Origin: Nostoc sp. PCC 7120 = FACHB-418
GTDB lineage: Bacteria; Cyanobacteriota; Cyanobacteriia; Cyanobacteriales; Nostocaceae
Direction of reading: 5' to 3'
DNA length: 32,000 nucleotides
Assembly (NCBI RefSeq): GCF_000009705.1
Contig: NC_003272.1
Span: forward strand, 3,720,001 to 3,752,000
Below are positions 26,581 to 32,000 of this stretch, in pieces; within the stretch, counting starts at the first letter, position 1, and each line of letters opens with the position of its first letter. The notes under the pieces were generated by a model. It had not been told where the DNA came from and did no database searches. It saw only the letters and a list, made by a program, of their open reading frames with translations. Position numbers and translations under genes: made by a program.

Positions 26581-27035
26581 GTCTCAATTCCTCAGATGCC
26601 AAAGACCCCAATTTTCACACAACCCTTGCTTCACTTCAAGGGCATCAGGAATAACATAATCAGCCATCATATTTTAGTGAGAATCATTAGAGATGACAAT
26701 TAATAACTTGCCATCATCAAGACGTAAACCAGCGATATGAATCAATTCAAAATTCAAAATAAGCTCAACAACCCCAGACCCAACTACGAGTAGATAAGGT
26801 CTGAGATTCACCCACCTTGAGATGAGCAAAAATGACTCTACCGGGAAGAGTTTTTTCTGTGTCACTGATTAAATCAGTTTGAGGAATCCTGATTCGGAAG
26901 GAAATACTGGGTTCAAGGACTAAATAAGTTAACCTTTGAAATTCATTCCCCTGCCCCTTACGCCTCTCCCTCCTGCTATATATTGAGAATGCAGAGAATC
27001 AACTCTACAACCCTACACTCAATATCAAGACCGCG

Positions 27036-28004
27036 ATGACCTATTTAGAAACAGCCGCACAATTTTATAGCGAAGTTGCCCAAACGCCGCAAGTGGGGCT
27101 GTGTTGTGTTCAAAGTACACCTCTACAACTACCAGGGCTGAAAATTCCTTTACCCATGCAGGAGATGAACTATGGTTGTGGAACCACTGTTCATCCTACG
27201 GAACTTGGCAAGCAACCTACCGTCTTGTATGTTGGTGTGGGTGGTGGGTTAGAAGCATTGCAATTTGCTTATTTTTCTCGTCGCCCTGGTGCTGTGATTG
27301 CAGTTGAACCAGTTGCCGCGATGCGAGAAGCAGCAGCACGCAACCTAGAAATGGCTTTAACAGACAACCCTTGGTTTGACAGCAGTTTTGTAGAGATTCG
27401 TGAAGGAGATGCCTTTAATTTACCTGTGGCTGATGGGTCAGTTGATATCGTCGCTCAAAATTGTTTGTTTAATATTTTCGAGCCTGAAGATTTGACCCGT
27501 GCGTTAAAGGAAGCGTATCGGGTGTTAAAGCCTGGTGGACGGTTGCAAATGAGTGACCCTATTGCCACCAGTCCCGTCCCTGCACATTTGCAACAAGATG
27601 AACGGTTGCGCGCTATGTGTTTGTCTGGCGCACTTACCTACGAAGAATACACCCAGCGTATCATTGATGCAGGCTTTGGTCAGATTGAAATTCGGGCGCG
27701 TCGTCCTTATCGCTTACTAGATTCCCAAACTTATAACTTAGAAACGCATTTACTTTTAGAAAGTCTCGATTCCGTCTCATTCAAAGTGCCTATGCCAGAA
27801 GATGGCGCTTGCATTTTTACTGGTAGAACTGCAATTTATGCCGGTTGTGACGCATTTTTTGATGACAAAGCCGGACATATCCTACAACGTGGCATTCCGG
27901 CAACCGTATGCGATAAAACTGCTGCTAAACTAGCAACTGTAAAGCCAAAAGAAGTAATAATTACTGATTCTACTTGGCATTATAACGGTGGTGGTTGCTG
28001 TTAA
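27036..28004 (+). CDS. arsM: ArsM-like SAM-dependent arsenite methyltransferase (arsenosugar-cluster type)
   Basis: The SAM motif I is VLYVGVGGG. Cysteines sit in ArsM-like contexts (LCCV, NYGCGT, AQNCLFN, AMCLSGA). There is a C-terminal GGGCC tail. The gene is adjacent to an ArsS-type radical SAM gene. Confidence 0.7.
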   Translation: MTYLETAAQFYSEVAQTPQVGLCCVQSTPLQLPGLKIPLPMQEMNYGCGTTVHPTELGKQPTVLYVGVGGGLEALQFAYFSRRPGAVIAVEPVAAMREAAARNLEMALTDNPWFDSSFVEIREGDAFNLPVADGSVDIVAQNCLFNIFEPEDLTRALKEAYRVLKPGGRLQMSDPIATSPVPAHLQQDERLRAMCLSGALTYEEYTQRIIDAGFGQIEIRARRPYRLLDSQTYNLETHLLLESLDSVSFKVPMPEDGACIFTGRTAIYAGCDAFFDDKAGHILQRGIPATVCDKTAAKLATVKPKEVIITDSTWHYNGGGCC

Positions 28005-28019
28005 TTTATACTCCTGAAA

Positions 28020-28979
28020 ATGTTGTTAATTAGTCTATTTATTGCTACCCTGTTCCTGGCTTATGCTAATGGAGCTAATGACAATTTTAAGGGTGTAGCT
28101 ACGCTGTTTGGTAGTCGGACAACAAGCTACCAATCAGCAATTTTGTGGGCAACTTTTACGACTTTTGCAGGTTCTTTGACTGCTACTTATTTAGGTAGGA
28201 CAATAGTTAAAGAGTTTACTGGTAAGGGTATTCTCCCAGATGCGATCGCCAATGCACCAGAGTTTCATTTAGCCGTGGCGATCGCATCTGGCTTGACGGT
28301 AGTACTGGCTACCACGACAGGATTTCCCATTTCCACATCCCACAGTTTAATCGGTGCAATGTTTGGTGCTGGGCTAGTAGCTTTTGGACTCCAGGTAAAT
28401 TTTGCCATTTTAGGAATCTATTTCATTTTTCCCTTATTATTAAGTCCTATTATTGCTATTGCCTTAAGTGCAGGAATTTACAGTTTAATTAATTACTTAA
28501 ATATTAAGCTGAATTGGCAGTTAAATCAAAAAATAATTGATACTATTCATTATATCAGTGCTGGTACATTTAGCTTCGCTAGAGGATTTAATGATACTAC
28601 TAAAATTGTCTCCCTAGTCCTAATTATCGATTATTTCTCACTTTCTGGAGCAATGATTACTATCGCAATGGCTATGGGTCTCGGTGGTTTACTCAACTCT
28701 CAAAAAATTGCTGAAACCATGAGTAACAAAATTACCTCCATGAATCGTATCCAGGGGGTATCTGCTAATATCATTACTAGTATTCTAGTGATTCTTGCTA
28801 GTAATTTTGGGTTGCCTATATCTACAACTCATGTCGCAGTATCTTCTATTTTTGGTGTAGGATTAATTGGTAGTAAAGCCAATAAATATATTTTTTATCA
28901 AATTTTATTAGTCTGGTTCATCAACTTGCCTATTGCCACAATTATTGGCGGAATCACTTATAGATTATTACAAGGTTAG
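28020..28979 (+). CDS. PiT/PHO4-family inorganic anion (phosphate-type) permease
   Basis: Two PHO4-type half-repeat signatures are present (YANGANDNFKGVATLFG and FARGFNDTTKIVSL). The protein is hydrophobic throughout and 319 aa long. Confidence 0.8.
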   Translation: MLLISLFIATLFLAYANGANDNFKGVATLFGSRTTSYQSAILWATFTTFAGSLTATYLGRTIVKEFTGKGILPDAIANAPEFHLAVAIASGLTVVLATTTGFPISTSHSLIGAMFGAGLVAFGLQVNFAILGIYFIFPLLLSPIIAIALSAGIYSLINYLNIKLNWQLNQKIIDTIHYISAGTFSFARGFNDTTKIVSLVLIIDYFSLSGAMITIAMAMGLGGLLNSQKIAETMSNKITSMNRIQGVSANIITSILVILASNFGLPISTTHVAVSSIFGVGLIGSKANKYIFYQILLVWFINLPIATIIGGITYRLLQG

Positions 28980-29021
28980 CAACACTCCCATATCTTAACT
29001 TATATTCAGGAATAGTCATCA

Positions 29022-30029
29022 ATGACAACTACACCAAGCCCTACCATAAATACAAAAATAACTCCTTTTAACTCTAAGTTAAATTCTCCTTTAATCAAAC
29101 AAGAAATCAATGTTTTACAAATTAATTTAGGTAAACGCTGTAATCTTGCTTGTACACACTGTCATGTTGAAGCTAGCCCAAAACGCACAGAAGAGTTAAC
29201 AGCAGAAATCTGCCAACAGTTAATCGAGGTAATTCACCGATTCCCGCAAATTCAAATTGTCGATTTAACTGGCGGCGCACCAGAAATGAACTATGGATTT
29301 AAGCCATTAGTAGCAGCCGCACGCCAAAATAATAAACAGGTAATTGTCCGTTCCAATTTAACTATTTATTTTGTGGAGGGGTTTAACGATTTACCTGAAT
29401 ATTTTGCTGCCAACAAAATCAGAATTGTAGCATCCATGCCTTGCTACCTAGCAGATAATGTCGATAAAATGCGTGGTACAGGTGTATTTGATGATTCCAT
29501 TAAAGCTTTACAATGGCTAAATCAAGTTGGCTATGGCAGAGACCCCAGTTTAATTTTAGATTTGGTTTATAATCCCCAACTACCTACAAGTGAAAAATTT
29601 GCCCTAACCCCTGAGCAAAGTAAATTGGAGCAAGACTATAAAACCTTCTTACAAGAACATTTCCATATTAAATTTAACAACCTGTTCACGATTACTAACC
29701 TACCAGTTGGCAGAACCAAACTCTATTTAGAACGGAAAAAACTAGAAACCAGTTATTTGCAGTTTTTAGAATTGCATTTCAACCCGCATACAGTAGGAAA
29801 TTTAATGTGTCGCAATCAATTATCTATAGACTATTTAGGTAATATATATGATTGTGATTTTAATCAGATGATGAATTTACCAGCGAAAACTCTGAATGGC
29901 GAAACTCTGACTGTTGCTAAATTAATCGAGGCTAGTAGTTTGGATCTGATTAATGAAATTCAAACTGCAAACTATTGCTATGGTTGTACTGCTGGTTGTG
30001 GTTCTAGTTGCAGTGGTGCTTTGGTATGA
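29022..30029 (+). CDS. arsS: Radical SAM / Cys-rich-domain protein, ArsS type (arsenosugar biosynthesis)
   Basis: The CxxxCxxC motif is CNLACTHC. The C-terminal Cys-rich tail CYGCTAGCGSSCSG matches my memory of the radical-SAM/Cys-rich (seleno)protein family found beside ArsM-like methyltransferases. This is the all-Cys form, with no in-frame TGA. Confidence 0.75.
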   Translation: MTTTPSPTINTKITPFNSKLNSPLIKQEINVLQINLGKRCNLACTHCHVEASPKRTEELTAEICQQLIEVIHRFPQIQIVDLTGGAPEMNYGFKPLVAAARQNNKQVIVRSNLTIYFVEGFNDLPEYFAANKIRIVASMPCYLADNVDKMRGTGVFDDSIKALQWLNQVGYGRDPSLILDLVYNPQLPTSEKFALTPEQSKLEQDYKTFLQEHFHIKFNNLFTITNLPVGRTKLYLERKKLETSYLQFLELHFNPHTVGNLMCRNQLSIDYLGNIYDCDFNQMMNLPAKTLNGETLTVAKLIEASSLDLINEIQTANYCYGCTAGCGSSCSGALV

Positions 30030-30126
30030 CAGGGAACACTCAGTTGCAAATAATTGTTCTATGTCAGCAAAGGTTAATTTTATTACAAACAGTGTTATTT
30101 TGCATTGAGAATAGCTGAGATGCGTT

Positions 30127-30132
30127 TATGAT
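30127..30132 (+). promoter_or_regulatory. -10 box TATGAT (with TTGAGA at 30105..30110, 16-nt spacer) for Yfr1-like copy A
   Basis: The hexamer lies 21 nt upstream of the CUCCUCACAC motif, the same distance as at copy B. Confidence 0.6.
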
Positions 30133-30138
30133 GTATTT

Positions 30139-30208
30139 AGTTTAAATCTCCTCACACCACATTAAAAAAACCGTAGATTACTCAATGTTTCTACGGTTTT
30201 TATTTTTT
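30139..30208 (+). ncRNA. yfr1: Yfr1-like sRNA, copy A
   Basis: The plus strand has ...UUUAAAU-CUCCUCACACCAC-AUU followed by the terminator AAAAAACCGUAGA(12-nt loop)UCUACGGUUUUUAUUUUUU. The motif is at 30148..30157. The 5' end is inferred from the -10 box. The canonical Yfr1 5' stem-loop is at best a weak AUUUA/UAAAU hairpin. Confidence 0.65.
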
Positions 30209-30345
30209 GATTAGAGATAAAAATATTACTCTTTAGCAAATATTTAATCCAAAGTACAACCTATCTAAGCGCCAATTATTAATTTTTTCCCAAAAAATCC
30301 TGTTACCAAAATTGTTACAAGTGTATCACTGCCGGGCAGTTGCCC

Positions 30346-30351
30346 TATGAT
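30346..30351 (+). promoter_or_regulatory. -10 box TATGAT for Yfr1-like copy B
   Basis: The hexamer lies 21 nt upstream of the CUCCUCACAC motif. The palindrome ACTGCCgGGCAGT at 30328..30340 sits in the -35 region. Confidence 0.55.
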
Positions 30352-30357
30352 GATCTA

Positions 30358-30418
30358 TTAGTTAAGCTCCTCACACCACACAAAAAGCCGCGAAACAACT
30401 AGTTTCGTGGTTTTTTTA
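30358..30418 (+). ncRNA. yfr1: Yfr1-like sRNA, copy B
   Basis: The plus strand has ...GUUAAG-CUCCUCACACCAC-ACAAAAAG followed by the terminator CCGCGAAAC(aacua)GUUUCGUGGUUUUUUU. The motif is at 30367..30376. The terminator sequence is unrelated to that of copy A, but the single-stranded box is identical. Confidence 0.65.
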
Positions 30419-30605
30419 TGTTGTATAGTCAGGGGCATAAGTTTTAGATGAGCGCTGAGTAAATATTCTTCCCCTGCTCCCTACCTTCTCTCTCAAGCAA
30501 ATGCAAACAACCGTTAAACTTCATTGCGAAGTAAGAAGCGAAGTGAAACAACGTGATAAGTTTTGATGATGTGACGCAATCGCACCAGAGGATAAGGAGA
30601 ATACG

Positions 30606-30818
30606 GTGGCAATCGAATCAAACTTATTAAACGGCACAGTTCTACCAAAAGAAGAAATTAGCGAATATGTTGCCAACCTCCAGCTACACATGACTTTGCA
30701 AGCACGTAATCTAGTTCCACCCTTAAGGCAGACTCAGACTATAGAAGACAGTAGACAACAATTGCTGCATCAAACCCAAGCTAATTTTGAGAAGCAGGCT
30801 TCTCGGCAAAGATTATAA
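30606..30818 (+). CDS. Small hydrophilic hypothetical protein (70 aa)
   Basis: A GTG start is preceded by an AAGGAG RBS with a 6-nt spacer. A structured terminator follows. I recognise no family. Confidence 0.5.
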   Translation: MAIESNLLNGTVLPKEEISEYVANLQLHMTLQARNLVPPLRQTQTIEDSRQQLLHQTQANFEKQASRQRL

Positions 30819-30856
30819 TATAAAAAGACATAAAAGAACAGAAAAACAAATAAAAT

Positions 30857-30920
30857 AAAAGCAGATATTGTTGGTTCCACACCAAAAGTGTTACCCTCAA
30901 GTCTGCTTTTTCTATTTTTT
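30857..30920 (+). terminator. Rho-independent terminator with an internal sub-hairpin
   Basis: AAAAGCAGA (30857..30865) pairs with TCTGCTTTT (30902..30910) and is followed by TCTATTTTTT. There is an internal TTGGT/ACCAA stem. Confidence 0.7.
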
Positions 30921-31025
30921 GTAGTCTATATAGTTACGAAAATCACCCTTTGGGAGCAATAGCAAAGAGCGGAAAGCCGTTAAAATTATTGCAGCAGTTC
31001 CCCTGATCCAATCCGTTAAGGCTAA

Positions 31026-32000
31026 ATGGCAGCTCACATCAACATGACTTCATTACTTCCCCGAAATCTTAGCGTTGTCATCCGGCCAGTCTATTATCGG
31101 GACTTGGACGGAATTGAGCGAATATCGCAAGAATCATTCGCAGCTCATACCCCCCAAGGCGCTAGTTCTATTGCTAATCGGATGCAATGGTTACGTCGCT
31201 GGTATGGGTTACTCAAGTTTTTAAGTTGGTTCCCTAACCCGCTACAATACCGCTTTTGCGCCTATGTAGCCGAACAGGGGCGGATGCTCTTAGGAATGAT
31301 TCAAGTTTCGCCGTTTAACCGCACACGCAGCACCTGGCGAGTTGATCGGGTAATTTTGGATCGGGCTGTCGATAAGCAGGGAATTGGCTCACAGCTACTA
31401 CGCCACTGTTTTGAAGGAATTTTAGAAGCTCGTACTTGGCTGTTAGAAGTTAATGTGAATGATACAGATGCGCTAGCGCTTTATCGGCAAAATGGATTTC
31501 AGCGTCTGGCAGAAATGACTTATTGGGAAATTGATCCCGAATTATTAAGTGAATTAGCGCAAGCCGAGCCAGATTTGCCGAATCTTTTGCCAGTTAGCAA
31601 TGCGGATGCTCAACTGTTGTATCAATTAGATACAGCATCAATGCCGCCGTTGGTACGTCAAGTATTCGATCGCAATACCCGCGATTTTAAAACCAGTTTG
31701 TTCGGCGCTTTAAGAGATGCAGTCAAACAATGGGTGACAAAAATTGAAGTTGTAAGTGGCTATGTGTTTGAACCACAACGCAAAGCAGCAATAGGTTATT
31801 TCCAGTTACAGCTAGACCGCAAAGGGGAAACTCCCCACGTTGCCACCTTGACAGTCCACCCTGCTTATACTTGGCTATACCCAGAATTATTATCTCAACT
31901 GGCGCGAATTGCCCAAGATTTTCCTCAACAAGGCTTACAACTAGCCTCATCTGATTACCAACCAGAGCGAGAAGAATATTTAGAACGTATTGGAGCCAAG
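31026..32000 (+). CDS. GNAT-family N-acetyltransferase (3' end beyond the window), not in the ORF track
   Basis: I translated it by hand. The ATG at 31026 follows an in-frame TAA, and the frame stays open for 325 codons to the window end (MAAHINMTSLLPRNLSVVIRPVYYRDLDGIERI...). The acetyl-CoA motif is VDKQGIGSQLLRH, followed by ALYRQNGF. A second GNAT-like half follows. The track ORF 31723..31950(-) is antisense noise. Confidence 0.75.
   Translation, partial: MAAHINMTSLLPRNLSVVIRPVYYRDLDGIERISQESFAAHTPQGASSIANRMQWLRRWYGLLKFLSWFPNPLQYRFCAYVAEQGRMLLGMIQVSPFNRTRSTWRVDRVILDRAVDKQGIGSQLLRHCFEGILEARTWLLEVNVNDTDALALYRQNGFQRLAEMTYWEIDPELLSELAQAEPDLPNLLPVSNADAQLLYQLDTASMPPLVRQVFDRNTRDFKTSLFGALRDAVKQWVTKIEVVSGYVFEPQRKAAIGYFQLQLDRKGETPHVATLTVHPAYTWLYPELLSQLARIAQDFPQQGLQLASSDYQPEREEYLERIGAK

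Noticed and set aside
26584-26670. A 28-codon minus-strand mini-ORF (MMADYVIPDALEVKQ...) ending 4 nt before the purH ATG, a possible leader peptide.
   Set aside because: It has no RBS. I have no conservation evidence available. Short ORFs of this size arise by chance.
26674-26865. ORF 26674..26865(-), 63 aa, in the purH/arsM spacer.
   Set aside because: It has a GTG start without an RBS and no recognisable family. The region contains an STRR-like AATTCAAAATTCAAAAT tract. It may be a gene relic, but I cannot support it as a CDS.
29022-30029. Possible selenocysteine recoding in the ArsS-type radical SAM gene. The family includes selenoproteins.
   Set aside because: The reading frame is uninterrupted and the C-terminal tail uses Cys throughout (CYGCTAGCGSSCSG). 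There is no in-frame TGA, and no SECIS-like hairpin is needed.

Overview
This looks like a chromosomal segment of a filamentous Nostocales-type cyanobacterium (Nostoc/Anabaena-like). I infer this from more than 20 copies (counted by eye) of the HIP1 octamer GCGATCGC, several heptameric STRR tracts, and the gene content. I can support about 27 protein-coding genes. They are a cell-envelope polysaccharide cluster (three paralogous GT2 glycosyltransferases, a Wzx-type flippase and lpxD), maf, a PsbP-like protein, a hypothetical/DUF2278-LTD gene pair, def, a decayed IS630 transposase, a TPR protein, a PF10014-type 2OG-Fe dioxygenase, sfsA, gntK and an exported two-HKD PLD-family lipoprotein with a ComEA-like tail. 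They continue with a cysteine desulfurase, a GlsB / Mn-catalase / DUF3891 stress trio, a 1290-aa six-PAS hybrid histidine kinase, purH, an arsM / PiT-permease / arsS arsenosugar-type cluster, a small ORF, and a 3'-truncated GNAT gene missing from the ORF track. The most unusual content is non-coding. Four Yfr2-family sRNA genes on the minus strand (three in tandem, one more on the other side of the kinase gene) carry 5'-GUGUGAGGAG. Two Yfr1-like sRNA genes on the plus strand, 5.3-10 kb away, carry the exact complement CUCCUCACAC. Both sRNA families are already described in cyanobacteria. What is notable here is the copy number, the arrangement and the conserved promoter and upstream boxes. I saw no rRNA, tRNA or CRISPR array. 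I do not see convincing evidence for a wholly new multi-gene protein system, and the under-characterised candidates are flagged below with modest scores.
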